The translations under genes were made by a program, and so were the position numbers. From NCBI GenBank assembly GCA_964016885.1, contig OZ024746.1, positions 30,256,001 through 30,320,000 on the forward strand: DNA of 64,000 nt, given 5' to 3'. Shown one piece after another: positions 43,021 to 57,116 of this stretch. Position 1 is the stretch's first letter. The number at the start of each line of letters is the position of its first letter. The notes under the pieces were generated by a model, which worked only from the letters and a program-made list of their open reading frames with translations, was not told the DNA's origin and did not search any database. Source of the DNA: Eledone cirrhosa (Eukaryota).

Positions 43021-43200
43021 TTAATTGTAAGTTGTGATGTTGCTATTCCATTCATGTTTTCTATTTAATTTTGGTTGGAGTTCATTTATGTTTATTGCCT
43101 CTGTCATTTGTCTAAACATTGCCTCTTTTCTGTGTGTAGATTCTATTTTTATTTCTATATTCTCTAATCTGCCCTTATGTTCTATTTTAGCATGTTGGTG
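43021..43200 (-). pseudogene. PLE GIY-YIG endonuclease C-terminal fragment
   Basis: LHQHAKIEHKGRLENIEIKIESTHRKEAMFRQMTEAININELQPKLNRKHEWN: H...RQxxEAxxI...PxLN motif. Confidence 0.8.
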
Positions 43201-43560
43201 GAGCGTCCGGTTGTGGAACCAACCAACCAACCGGAAATTTATAAATTCTTAAATTTATAAATTTAATTTATAATTTATTGGAGTGAAAGCAACTGGTGCG
43301 TGTGTTTCTTATTGGCTACATGACCCTCCCAAAGTTTAACAATATCGGTTTCAACACACGTTTACAGATAAAGAATCTTGCTAAACAAATTCAGAAACGA
43401 AATATATATATATATATAGTGACGAAACATAAGTCAATTGCATGAGCTCATAATCCTTTATTTACTGCTATATATATTTCGATGATAGCCATTGAATGGC
43501 AGTTAGTCAGTTCTTAGATTTGCCAGCTCTGTGTGTATGGTGTTGATGGTATCAGAGCCT

Positions 43561-43641
<81 letters not shown>

Positions 43642-43664
43642 AATATAAATATATATATATATAT

Positions 43665-43844
43665 AAGTATGTCGCTGGTTCAATCGGGGGTAACCACAAT
43701 AAGTAACGTACTCAATACAAAGCAGAGTATAAATATTTAATATAGAAAAGCTTCTACAGGACTAGAACTTTTTTCATTCGTGAGAAATCATCAGGAGCTT
43801 CCTGATGATTTCTGACGAATGAAACAGTTCTAGTACTGTAGAAT

Positions 43845-43846
<2 letters not shown>
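43665..43846. mobile_element. Fold-back element, family L, with hammerhead at 43798-43843 (+) and a mirror copy
   Basis: ttc-CTGATGA-t ttc tgac gaa t-GAAA-cag ttctagta ctg-TA-gaa; relatives at 37825-37955 and 41945-41990. Confidence 0.8.
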
Positions 43847-43885
<39 letters not shown>

Positions 43886-43888
<3 letters not shown>

Positions 43889-44075
43889 GAAGGGATTGTC
43901 GTAAGGAACCAGATGGACCATAACGCACCAAAGTACTCAATACTTAGGGTAGTAGAGTGGGTAATAGGAACAAGTATGACCCCGACGGCAGAGCTCAAGC
44001 CGTTTCGACAGCTATTTGAGTCCAGAAATAGCCGTCGAAACGGCTTGAGCTCTGCCGCCGGGGTCATACTTGTTC
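43886..44075 (-). mobile_element. Fold-back element, family B
   Basis: Same tail and hairpin as the other family B copies. Confidence 0.9.
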
Positions 44076-44108
<33 letters not shown>

Positions 44109-44282
44109 GTGGTCGACAACCGGGCGGTTAAGGTCATATACGTAGTCGGTAGAGCACTCACTAAAGGGCGTGTTTGGCTTAGAATCAGTTCCACAACAAA
44201 TTAGCAAACTCGGAATTGAAAATCCGCCCGGTAAAGCCCGCCTCCTCAAGTATGGTTTGCTAATTTGTTGTTGAACAAATTT

Positions 44283-44363
<81 letters not shown>

Positions 44364-44452
44364 TTATATATGTATATAGATATAGATATATATGCAAACG
44401 GATTTTTCAATATATATATATATATAAATATGTATACATATATCATGTAAGT

Positions 44453-44731
44453 GGTACTCCGTCGGTTACGTCGACGAGTGTTCCAGTTGATCCGATCAAT
44501 GGCACTGCCTACTCGTGAAATTAACGTGCAAGTGGCTGACCATTCCACAGACACGTGCACGCTTAACGAAGGTCGGCTCTTCGAATTACAGCTACAACTC
44601 TCTGTTACTGTGTGGACTGGAGCAATGTGAATAAAATGTCTTGCTCAAGGACACAATGCGCCGCCGGGAATCGAACTCACGACCTTACGATTGTTGGCCG
44701 AATAACTTAACCAGAAAGCCCCGTGCCTTCA
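44453..44731 (-). mobile_element. SINE family 2, well-preserved copy
   Basis: B box on minus (gagttcgattcccgg), CORE-like gtccttgagcaagaca, tail aactggaacactcgtcg. Confidence 0.9.
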
Positions 44732-45453
44732 CATATATCATATATATATATTGAGAGAGAGAGAGAGCGAGAGATAGGGATGTATGTGTGCGTGTATGTA
44801 TAAGTGTGTGTGTGAGTGTGTGTGGATTAGCGAGAATCCCGGCGCCATGGATTATGTATTTCTCACATAGAAACAATTAGAATTATGAAACAAAACACAA
44901 CTGAAGTAATAATTTAATCATCATCACCATCATCATCACCATCATCGTCAGCAGCATCATCATCATCATCATCATCATCATCAATAACAACAAAAACAAC
45001 AATAGATAATGATTACTTTGGTTCGGTAACGAAGAAATCATATATATATATATATATATTTAATCTTAAATTTAGATGTATATTGACTCACGCATAGACA
45101 CGCAGTTATATACACACATGTGCATATAGCCCCCCCCCCACACACACAGACACACATACACACAAACACACACACACACAAACAAACAATTCATTTAATA
45201 TTTAGACGTATGTTTATACGTTAGTCAGCTTTTATTTTCGTGTAAGCTATAGAGAAAATAATCCACTTATCAAACAACATATTCATATTGTTTTTAGTTA
45301 ATAATTAGTGTATATATATATATATATTTATATATACATATACATATATATAATATTTTGCTTATCTTGTTTATATATTTGTGTGTGTGTGTTTATGTAT
45401 GTATATATGCGTCTATGTGTATGTGTATGTATGTATTCTCTTTCATGAAGTTA

Positions 45454-45514
<61 letters not shown>

Positions 45515-45963
45515 GTGTGTGGGGGTGTGTATGTGCGTGTGTGTGTGTCTGTGTGCATTTATGTGTGTGTATTAACTGATACACCCGCTCGGGAATCGTA
45601 CCTATGTACGTATGTAAACTGTATGTGTGTACGTCTGTCTATATTCACGTGTACGCGTGTGTATGTGTGTGTGTGTGTTTTCTTTTTTCATGAAATTATA
45701 TTTTACACATTTATATAAACGAACAAACATCGCCGCCAGCTGTACGTGTGTGTGTGTGTGTCTATCTGCATGTGTGCGTGTGTGTATGTATATATATATG
45801 TTTGTGTGAGTTTTATGAAGTTATAACTTTATACATTTATATAAATTGACAACCCCGCAGCCAGCTGTTTTCACTTCAAAGACATGAAATGATATACCTT
45901 CGGCTAAATGCTATTATTTTCGATATTATATATACTATATACACGGAAATTATATATATTTGT

Positions 45964-46004
<41 letters not shown>

Positions 46005-46069
46005 TGTGTGTATGTGTGCGTGTATGTGTGTGAGCGTGTGTGTATGCATGTATATATGTGTGTGTTTGC

Positions 46070-46174
<105 letters not shown>

Positions 46175-46464
46175 CATGTATATCTGTGTATGTTTGCTTC
46201 TCTGTGTGTGTGTTCTGTGAATTCAGTCTATTATAGATTTAAGGTTTGATTTCATTGGTCCGAGTTTCGAATTGATTGGAATCCTTATTTGGTGTCCACC
46301 ATTTTACTTTGTAACCACGCTGGTCTCTAAAATATATATTCTCAGTCTTCGTTGAGATTTCACCTCCCAAATGAGTCAATCAAGTGTTAGTGTTTGTCAA
46401 ATGGTAGTAAACAGGGACTATGACTTTACCTACTTGAAGAGTAAGCTTTATGTGCATGTTGGTG

Positions 46465-46770
46465 GTAGCTGACTTTAGGGGCTATAACAGGAATACCAGT
46501 TATATGTAGGTCCTATTTTGTATGTGGATAGATGCTGATTGTAAAGGCTGACAGAAATACCAGCTACAGTAGGTTCTCGTTTGTGGATAGAGATAGTTGT
46601 TGATTGTAGGACCTATAACAGAAATACCAGCTACGGTAGGGCCTATCTCTGCTGATTGTAGGGGTTATAAGGGAAATACCAGCTTCGGTAGGGCATATTT
46701 CTTCTGTGGATAGATGATGATTGTAGGGGCTATGACAGAAATACTAGCTCTGTATAGGTCCCATCTCTTC
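46465..46770. repeat. Degenerate ~55-60-bp minisatellite, ~5 copies
   Basis: Recurrent tgattgtagg..ctataacagaaataccagctac.gtagg. Confidence 0.8.
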
Positions 46771-46790
46771 TGCCGGTACTTAGTACTCTT

Positions 46791-46888
<98 letters not shown>

Positions 46889-46944
46889 TATGGTGAACTA
46901 ACTGTTGTGTTACTACTTCTATATTTATATATATATATATATAT

Positions 46945-47219
46945 GCAAAAGTTCTATTTAAAATTGTTGGGATACAACAAGTAAATATTTTATAACTGAT
47001 ATAAAGCACTCGACAAGTTTTGGGAGTAGATATACGATATTAAATAAATGGAAACTATATTTATAAAACCATATTTATTTCACTATACTTATTTATAAAA
47101 CTGTTTATATATTGTATATTTTCTGATGAAGGCATACCATATTTTAATTTGGTATCCCTGAAATAGGTATAGTGAAATAAATATGGTTTTATAAATATAG
47201 TTTCCATTTATCTAATATC

Positions 47220-47221
<2 letters not shown>
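46945..47221. mobile_element. Family I element retaining the hammerhead core (47123-47170, +)
   Basis: CTGATGA-aggcataccatatt tt aatttggtatccct-GAAA-taggta-TA. Confidence 0.75.
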
Positions 47222-47274
<53 letters not shown>

Positions 47275-47538
47275 GCCACCTCTCCTGCTTGTTAATATCT
47301 GTACCAGGACTTATGCCTCACCAACTTGTATTAATTTGTTCCATTTCTTCGTCCAACATCTGTTGCAATAGCAGTCCGAGAATAGTTATTGATGCACTGT
47401 GGTGAATTGTCCTGTCTTTAAAGAATTCGAAACAATAATGATCCTCAGAATATAGTCGATGAGCGGGAATTGTGTTCGTGTTTTCTGAGTTTTCTGTTCC
47501 TTTTTCTCCCCGTGTTTTACACATTTACACACACACAA

Positions 47539-47847
<309 letters not shown>

Positions 47848-48642
47848 TATATATATATGTGTATGTACAGTTTTTTCTATTATTCTATTCCATGCCTAAA
47901 ACCCTCTGTGGTCTCTGTACGTTATTACTTTTACATGTCCGTTCACAAAATTAAGTGAAAATAATCAAGTGTTTGAAAGGGTATATTAATAGAACTAAAG
48001 TTCCCCCTATTAAGCCGCTGTCTGTTGCATAAATTAACTAAAGTTCACACATAAAATTATTGGGAAAGGATTTTAAATAAATATAAACACTTTAAAACAA
48101 ACACTTTAAACTGGTTTAAGACGTTTTGGTATTAAAAGCGTTAACTGCTCTGAGATGAATTGTAGAATAAATGAATATATGATTAGCCATTTATATGTTT
48201 ATCATTGTTTCTTGTTTCTTGCAGCATCTTTATCGTATTTTAATGATCATTACTATATTATTTGTCACCTAACTCTAATTAAGTTATTAATAGAGCATGA
48301 AGTGTGTACAAAAGTGAAGGTTAATAGAATTTCTAGTCCGCGTATGATTCACCTCTCATCACAAAATGACATATCTACATATGAATGATTTGTACATTAC
48401 CATCAATGGATTATATGAAATAAAATTACTGCTCATCTGGAATATCACATTAATATTTTATATTTCTTTTCATAACATGTAAAATAACTTTTGGCAAAAG
48501 TCATCCGAAATTCCTGTCTGAAATTTAATGAGTTATATTCGGTTTCATCAAATATTCACCGCTGGTAGATAGTTCATACATTATTGGTATTCCTTTAACT
48601 AACCTCGTGTCTCTATGTGTGTATATGTGTGTGGGTGTGTGT

Positions 48643-48688
<46 letters not shown>

Positions 48689-49849
48689 TATGTGTATGTC
48701 CGTGACTGAACGTGCGTGCCAGTATTTGAGCCGCTCTGTATGTGTCTGTATGTGTGTATGTGCATGTGAGTATGTGTATATGTGTATAAGTGCATATGTG
48801 CGTATTTATATGTATGTGTGTGGATGTCTGTTTATTTGCATGTGTTTGTAAGTGTGTGACTATGTATATATGTGTGAGAGTGCGTCTCTGCCTGTGTGTA
48901 TATATGTGTGTATGTGTATGTATGTATCGGTTTGCCTGTCTGTAAGAGTGTGTGTCTATCTGTGTGGCGGTGCGTTTGTTTTTGTGTTGCGTTTGGTGAA
49001 ATAATGCAAGTAATATTCACATCCTAAATAGATTTTCTTCCATTTTAGATTAGTAACTTTATAAATTATGCTGTAGATGTTTGCCAGAAACTACAGGCAG
49101 TTGGAAATATAACAAAAAGAAAAGCTTCCATTTGATTAAATTAGCATTTATTTCAATATCATTTAAAGGAATCTGTTTAATGATTACAAATATCCAAATA
49201 CCTGTTTATATATAAACTATAACAGCACCCGTCAAAAATGATTGGGTTTACTTTATTATAGAATATATTGTTAGAACACATTTTAGTATACATATCGTTA
49301 GCGTATATAATTTTACTAAATACGCATGTTTAACGTATATGATTTTAGTAAACACATAATGTATATAATATTTAGATACACATCTTTAATGTATTTAATT
49401 CCTTTGTAAAATCACTCGATTCTATGAGATACCCATGGTCCTCCACTTCTTCCGGTTAATCCAATTCCTAGTTCTCCTCGGGTGTTCTGGTACTCTTTAT
49501 TTATACTGATTCGGATATTATCAATGTTTACAATATATATTAAGCCCGTCAATTATGTTTTCAGCTGTAATAATACCTGAGTCACTAATTTACCAGCTAG
49601 AAGTAACAACCAAATCTCCTTCAAATTATACCCTATATTTCGAAAGAAAAGGTGAAGTAGACAGTAGATGCCATCAGAGATACACAAATTCTAATAAAAT
49701 TCGAGGTTGTCGCGGCTAGACCACCCTAAGCAAAAAATAGAATAAATAGTCTCGATGGAATTAAGACAGCGAAGAAAGCATTCAAAGAAATTGAAAAATT
49801 TCAATATTTCGGGGAAAAACAACCTCATCGTCTCAGTAATGTCATTATA

Positions 49850-50400
49850 CCCATCACCATCATCTCCCAGTCCCACTATCACCACTAGCAACATATCCAC
49901 CCCAGAACTACCACTGTCGCTCTCACATCCTGCATCACTGCCAGAAACAACACCACCGCCACCGGTGCCACCATCCCCATCTACACCTGTAACATCCTTA
50001 CCACCAGTAATTTAATCTTCTAAGAACCATCACCATCACCACCAACAACATTATCACCATCAGCACCAACATCACCACCGCCACCACAAATATCTTTATC
50101 ACCAGCAACAACATCACCACCAGTAATACAACCTCCAAAGAACCACCTCCACCACTACCATTATCACCAGCAACATCATCACCACCAGTAGTGTAACCTC
50201 CTAAGAACCATCACTATCACCATCACCACCGCCACCAGCACACTACCATTATCACCAGCAGCATCATCACCCTTTCACAACCACCACTGTGAACAGCATC
50301 CACTGCACCAACAATACCACCACCACTACCACCAGCACAACCACAGTAGCCCCACCACAAACACCATGACTACCACCACTACCACTACCACCACCAGCCC
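49850..50400. repeat. Degenerate (CAC/ACC)n low-complexity tract
   Basis: Direct reading. Confidence 0.85.
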
Positions 50401-51752
50401 CTTCGCCAGTTAATAACCGTTAATACAAATGAAGCCTGTAATGTCCATGTGTCGTGTGGAGATCTGGTTATTGTCATCTCGTAAACGTCAAAGATCACCC
50501 CTCTTTACAAGACCTGGATTTAAACATATTGTTATTTACCAAATACAGCGTTGGCTTGCTGAATAATATGAATAATACTTCAAGTTATTTGGACAATACT
50601 TGAATGTACACGGTACAAGAACGGCTTAGAAATGCTATGTTATTTTTGAGACCTTTACAAAGCTCCTTGATACAAACTTTCAAAATGGCTACACTTCTGA
50701 TTGGGAAGAATTATCTTTGACTTTTTTCTCTTGTTTCAGTTTATCCAGTAATATGATCATAAAATTTCATAAGATCACGTTTACATTGAGAAAAGGTTTT
50801 AAGAGACCCAATAAATTCCGAAAGATTTATTGGACAATGAATATTTTCTTCCTAACTGATGCCGTAATTCTCTTTGTATTTTCGAGGTAAATAAGATTAT
50901 ATGCGCTTAGTAGTTTAGCCAAACTTTCTTGCTCTGTTTTTCAAAAGCAAACTAAATAACAGCGTAGAGATAGATATGTGTGTTTACCTTCACAAGTAAG
51001 CTACATTTATTAAGATGGTAGAATTTTCATGTTGACCTTTAGAAGAGATGTAATTGTTTATCTTCATGAACTTGATACGTTATTTCTGTATTTACGGTAA
51101 TATTGCCGTAATGTTACTACAGATATCACTTACATCCAGATATATGTCGAAAGTATCCATGCAGAATAACCATAATGTGTCCCTATTTACCATGTGTTTG
51201 TCTGTCATGCGTTAATATCAAGCTTTCTTTTTTACAGTAGTTAAAAACAACCAATAGGAAGTGATTGCGGTTGTGGGTGTTCTGATATAACTACACATGA
51301 TTCATAGCTTTTGCCATTTTATTTAGTAAGAAATGAAAACAGATCGCGGCTATGTCTCTCGAGATATCTACCTGTTAACTATGATAATACTCTAACAAAC
51401 ATGATCGTTTTAGGCGAATATGTATGTCACTTTTGTAGAGGACATTAGCTGTATAGCGGAAGACATATCAGTGTATCAACACAACTAAAGTTATTAAATA
51501 AAAGCATCTTTTCCTTTAAAATATACAGAATTATATCTACACAAAACGAAAACAATTATCACTTCTGGAAATGTCCACTTTTATATTTCATATACTAAAC
51601 GATCAAACCTCGAAAGATGGAGCAGTGAGTCAGAAGCAGTGAGAAAACGCGCCTCTATCACTTAGTTTTTCTGTCTGTCTGTCTTTCTGTCTAGCATTCT
51701 ATCACACACACACACACACGCACATACACACACACACACACACAAACACACA

Positions 51753-51803
<51 letters not shown>

Positions 51804-51804
51804 C

Positions 51805-52600
51805 AAATTACGTAACAGGCACGCTCGTGGTAATCCATGATCGAACAGAGGATTCATTTCATCAACAGGGACTCCGTTCTGCCATAAATCGGAGTGGACA
51901 AGCTAAATGCGGCCGCTAGTGGTTTGCTAACTCATTCCTATTGTAGGTCGACTTTGCTTGCCCACAGCCAAAGCTTCGATTTTACTAAACTTCCACTTGT
52001 ATTATTTTCTCCTAGATTTAATAATTAACTAATTAATTTAATTAGACAATTCTGTTGATTGGTTAATTATTTGTGTTTGCTTTATAACATCTAGTTGAGA
52101 GCTTTTATTTGGAATGTTAGCGGAAATTATAATATTTCCTTTGTTAATACTTTGAATCTACCCGCCAAAAACCGGGAGTTGCTTCTCTTGTTGGAAATAA
52201 CACGTGACAACTAAGTGTTCGCTGGCTGCCTTCTAGCAGCCGCATTTAGTTTGTCCACTCCGATTTATGGCTGAACGGAATCCCTGTTGATGAAATGAAT
52301 CCTCTGTTCGATCATGGAATACCACGAGCGTGCGTGTTACGTAAGTTCGATAACTGAATTCGGATTCATAGAAACACTTTAAACGTATATCGTATCTTTT
52401 TAACCAGTTAGTTCTTTCGTTACTTTGGTATTATGTGGTTGGGTTTTGCCTACCGCAATGTTCAATTTGTCAAGCTATTTAAACGTAAGTTATTACTCTA
52501 AGGACCTACCCTTATTGAGCGGTTTGCTAACTCATTCCTATTGTAGGTCGACTTTGCTTGCCCACAGCCAAAGCTTCGATTTTACTAACTTTCCACTTGT
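51805..52600 (+). mobile_element. PLE-like composite with both inverted and direct terminal repeats
   Basis: 51807-51918 inverted vs 52233-52344; 51921-52001 direct vs 52521-52601, ending ttccacttg(ta)n. Confidence 0.7.
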
Positions 52601-52702
<102 letters not shown>

Positions 52703-53159
52703 CCAGTAGTAAAAAAACTACAATTTACATGGCAATAAGGAATTGAAAATTGACAAGAAAAGAAAAAAGAGAGGAACTAAGCAACAAAAGAAAGGGAACG
52801 GAGGGGAGAGCCACAGGCTCTACATCCTGTCTGAGCGGTCTTTCGGTTGCATCCCGCGTATAAAAGGACAAAGGTGTTGCCACGGACAATGACCAGCGTC
52901 ACCCTACATTTCGGCGCTCCTTCCTTAGACGAGCTACTGTCTTTCCGATTTTACGAAGGAAATCAGCAGTAATTAATGCACCAATTAGATAAACAATCAA
53001 ACAGCTGTCTACTTAATTGTCACATCTCTTTCATGAAATATCTTCTAATCTTATTAATGTATCTTTAGGCTCTCTATGTCATCTCCTCCCTTTTCACTAC
53101 TTCATCTTTCTCTCTTTTCTTTGTATGCTGTGTGTGTTTGTTGTATGATTATTAATTAA

Positions 53160-53378
53160 TGGTTTCTGATTTAGGTACAAGGCCAACAATTTGGGGGGTA
53201 GCGGAAAGTCGATTAAATGGACCTAAGTACGTTACTGGTGCTTTATATTATCGATTCCGTAAAGATGAAAGACAAAGCTAACCTCGGCGGGATTTGAACT
53301 TAGAATGTAAAGGGATGTAACTATATGTCGCGAAGCATGGTGTCCGACATTCTACCAATACTGCAAACCCACCGCCCC
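53160..53378 (-). mobile_element. SINE family 1
   Basis: Reverse complement of the family consensus. Confidence 0.85.
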
Positions 53379-53983
53379 TTTATGATTATTAATTGATATT
53401 ATGCATGGTTAATAACAAAGTGAATATCACTGCGTGTGTTTTTATTGCTACCACGCCCCTCCCAATATATAACAATATTTGTTCCTGCCCACGATTTCTT
53501 TCTTTTTCATTTCAAGAACCGTGTATAACGAATACAAAACGAAGTCTTCTTGACATTTTTGTACTGTAACAGAACAGCGAAATCTATTCCCCGAGTCAAT
53601 ACTACACCAACTGGAGTCTTACTTGTAATTCCAAACATAACAATACAACATAACAATACAATGGTAACAGTGAAAATATATGCAGGAAATGGCAACTACA
53701 GTTAATGTTATGTTATTTCCAGATCTTTTAATGCCATTATATTTACACATTATATTATCTTTTCATGAATATTCTTGAATAATTCCATAGTGGCGTTGTT
53801 TGATCTGTGAGCTCATCCTGAATAAAGATCAAACGGTTCTAAAATAAGGGGGCGTCACGATCTAGGAATAACTACCACTTTCATCTTTCTCAAATACTTA
53901 TATAAATAATTTCGAGTTTGTCACGTCATTGGAAGAGGCTTCTTTCTCTCTCTCTCTTTATATATATATATATACACACACAC

Positions 53984-54025
<42 letters not shown>

Positions 54026-54042
54026 CTATCTATCTATCTGTA

Positions 54043-54133
<91 letters not shown>

Positions 54134-54749
54134 CTCTATCTCTCTCTCTTTCGCTATTGCACTTCCTCGCTCTCTCTTTTTCTCTTCCTTCCTCTCCTCC
54201 ATCCATCCTCCGCTCTCTATCTCTCCCTCTCTCTCCCCTTATCTCCTCCTATCTCTTCCCTTCTCTCCCCCTCTCCTCTGTTAACAATGTGTACACACAT
54301 AACTTCCATCTCTTTCCAATAACAACGCTGAAATCTTAACTTTCTTTGACTTTCAATAAAATAACTTTTATATACGGCTACTTAACACTTTAATCATTCC
54401 ACTACACGAAGCTCTCTCGTAAACACCAAGCAACTACCTAGCATAAAGCTATATATTTTTACTAAAATCAGTAATCTAAGAGCGTTTCTATTTTTTTTTT
54501 TTTTTTTTTTTTTTTTTTAGTAGTGGGAGGGTTAACAGTGGAATATAACATCTGTAGAGATTCATCGTGATTATTTCCGCTCAGGTAATAAATATATTAG
54601 ACTCCATTTCTACCCTGCAGTAAGACTGGTAAGAATTCTAAGTGGAATGTAACTGCATATTTTCTTAAAATACTTTCTTCAGAGAAAATGGCAGTAAGTA
54701 AAAAAATATCGCTTCAATTTGGAAATGGATGCGTGTCGTTATATCAGGT

Positions 54750-54910
54750 AGGAGGCAGTGAATTGCCTGAGTCCTTGGAACACCGGTTAGAGTGCTTGAT
54801 GATATTCGTTCCGACTCTCTGCTGTTTGAGTTCAAATCCACCCGAGGTCAACTTTGCCTTACATCCTTTCGAGGTAGATAAAAAGTACCAGTCTAGTACT
54901 GGGGTCGATT
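54750..54910 (+). mobile_element. SINE family 1, diverged
   Basis: gagttcaaatcca cccgaggtcaactttgccttacatcctttcgaggtagataaa. Confidence 0.8.
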
Positions 54911-55299
54911 CTTCCTCTATATCTCTTCTCATTTCCTCTCTCTCACTTTCTATCTTTCTCTGGAGGAAATCAGCTGTGCCTAGGCCTGGAGAAGGATGGG
55001 CTCCACCAGGCTTTAAAATGTCCAAGAAACGCATTATGTCAATACTGCGCCCCTACGACACTATTAGGGGTTACGGGATCATACATACAATATCAGGTAG
55101 GAAGGAGATCTGTCTATTAGGTTGCTTTCTTTCCACAAAACTTTAAACTCTATATTTTCCTAGATTGAGTTAAAGAATCTTGAATATATTTTATTTGGGG
55201 AGGGGTATGTTTTTCTTTTCTTTCCGCAAGCAGACATAACTGACCAACGAAACAGCCTGCTTCTGAATTTAACATGCAAGTGCATTCAACTTATTACTC

Positions 55300-55364
<65 letters not shown>

Positions 55365-55366
<2 letters not shown>

Positions 55367-55567
55367 TAAAATAACAGATTAAAGTTTAAGCAAAGAATCG
55401 CTGCTTTCACCCTTAACGGGATCTTCAGAAGATCCCGTTAAGAGTGAAAGCAGCGATTCTTTGCTTAAACTTTAATCTGTTATTTTAATAAATATTTGCT
55501 CTACGGTTCTTATATATTTATCCTTATCGAGCCCTCTTTGGATTTTAGTCTTCAAATTTATTATTAT

Positions 55568-55570
<3 letters not shown>
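55365..55570 (+). mobile_element. Fold-back element folded exactly at the CUGA core
   Basis: Palindrome 55365-55489 centred on cttc-a-gaag (55427); minus arm reads CTGAAGA-t ccc gttaa ggg t-GAAA-gca...tgc-TT. Confidence 0.85.
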
Positions 55571-55641
<71 letters not shown>

Positions 55642-55822
55642 GTTATCTGCATACAAAAACATATCTTACATTATGATTCAATTATATCAAATGAGTTCGC
55701 AGAATATATTCTAGTGTAGTCAAACGAAAACGTTTTGTTTGAAATATACAGAACGAGGGAAAGAAATACACACACACACACATACATACAGAAACACACG
55801 CACACACACATACATACACACG

Positions 55823-55852
<30 letters not shown>

Positions 55853-55854
<2 letters not shown>

Positions 55855-56060
55855 CATTTGAAAAAAGGAAAAAGAATGACTTCACTTGTAGTTCTAAACA
55901 ATTTAATTTTATAATATTATAATTTTACAATTTGGTTCTGTAGATCTACAAAACCAAATTGTAAAATTATAATATTATAAAATTAAATTGTTTAAAACTA
56001 CAAGTGAAGTCATTCTTTTTCTCTTTTTTCAAATGTACCTAACTGTTCACACATTTTCCA
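55853..56060. mobile_element. ~185-bp palindrome in (TA)n
   Basis: Arms 55853-56037 around tagatcta. Confidence 0.85.
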
Positions 56061-56084
56061 ATATATATATATATATAGAGAGAG

Positions 56085-56251
56085 AGGGGTAGAACACTGA
56101 AAGGTAATATCCTTAGTGGTAGAACACTCAGTCGATGGGAAGAGTTAGGTAGAAGTGGCAACACAACAGTTAGTTAACCATACCGAGAACAATTGTTTCG
56201 CTAAGGTGAAACAATTGTTCTTGGTATGATGAACTAACTGTTGTGTTACCA

Positions 56252-56254
<3 letters not shown>
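56085..56254. mobile_element. Fold-back element folded just before GAAA-caattg-TT
   Basis: Arms 56153-56254, centre ~56203. Confidence 0.8.
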
Positions 56255-56287
<33 letters not shown>

Positions 56288-56297
56288 TATATAATAT

Positions 56298-56378
<81 letters not shown>

Positions 56379-56388
56379 TATATAATAT

Positions 56389-56443
<55 letters not shown>

Positions 56444-56449
56444 TATATA

Positions 56450-56528
<79 letters not shown>

Positions 56529-56574
56529 TATATAATTATATATAATATACATATATATATATATATACATATAT

Positions 56575-57082
56575 AAAATAATACGACCAATGGGATGCGA
56601 GAGTGTCCTATGACGCCGAAATTCGTTTGTTTTAGCTCATATGATTCCAGTTCCTCAGAGAAATAACAACACAACCAGGAACTGGACATATCGATGTATT
56701 GACGGAGTAAAACACACTTCAACAACATGTGTACCTGTCTTTCCCACACCAATTCGGACTGCCTGTAGAGGTCACAGCCAATGATGGCTGTCACCGAAAT
56801 ATATATAACAGTATATCTATAATTTATAATAAACGAAGCCAAATTTTACATATTTGACTTAATTATTTTAGTCAATACTCGCCGAGGTTAACTTTGCCTT
56901 TCATCCTTAAGGGGTCGATAAAATAAAGTACCAGTAATACACTGGGATAATTGCTGGCCTTGTGCCAAAAGTAGAAACAATTATTTTGCATTACTCCGGA
57001 GTAAACAAACCAACCTACGTACTTCGTCGAGTGCTCCAATCAGCATACTGAGGTGTCGGTAAACAACGAACATATACTCAAA
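56575..57082 (+). mobile_element. Unfolded family C copy interrupted by a 5'-truncated SINE family 1 (56880-56985)
   Basis: Colinear with 8245-8550; aattatttt flanks both sides of the SINE. Confidence 0.85.
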
Positions 57083-57116
57083 ATATATACTCACATATAT
57101 ATATAGAGAGAGAGAG

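Larger units (their letters stand above)
42701..43400 (-). mobile_element. 5'-truncated Penelope-like element with inverted pseudo-LTR, family J
   Basis: GIY-YIG C-terminus, 3' UTR and hammerhead; inverted arms 42701-42837 / 43204-43341. Confidence 0.85.

Noticed and set aside
47272-47460. Third GIY-YIG remnant on minus (QVGEA...INKQERW)
   Set aside because: Requires frameshifts and has only a few motif residues.
50740-50886. Plus-strand exon candidate with an ATG and signal-like start
   Set aside because: Splice-like sites are common in AT-rich DNA and there is no supporting downstream exon.
53623-53695. Minus-strand hydrophobic exon candidate (LPFPAYIFTVTIVLLCCIVMFGIT)
   Set aside because: Good donor but weak acceptor; hydrophobicity is explained by T-rich low complexity.
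56610-56650. SECIS-like ATGA...AAA...GA in family C
   Set aside because: Spacing and helix do not fit a eukaryotic SECIS.
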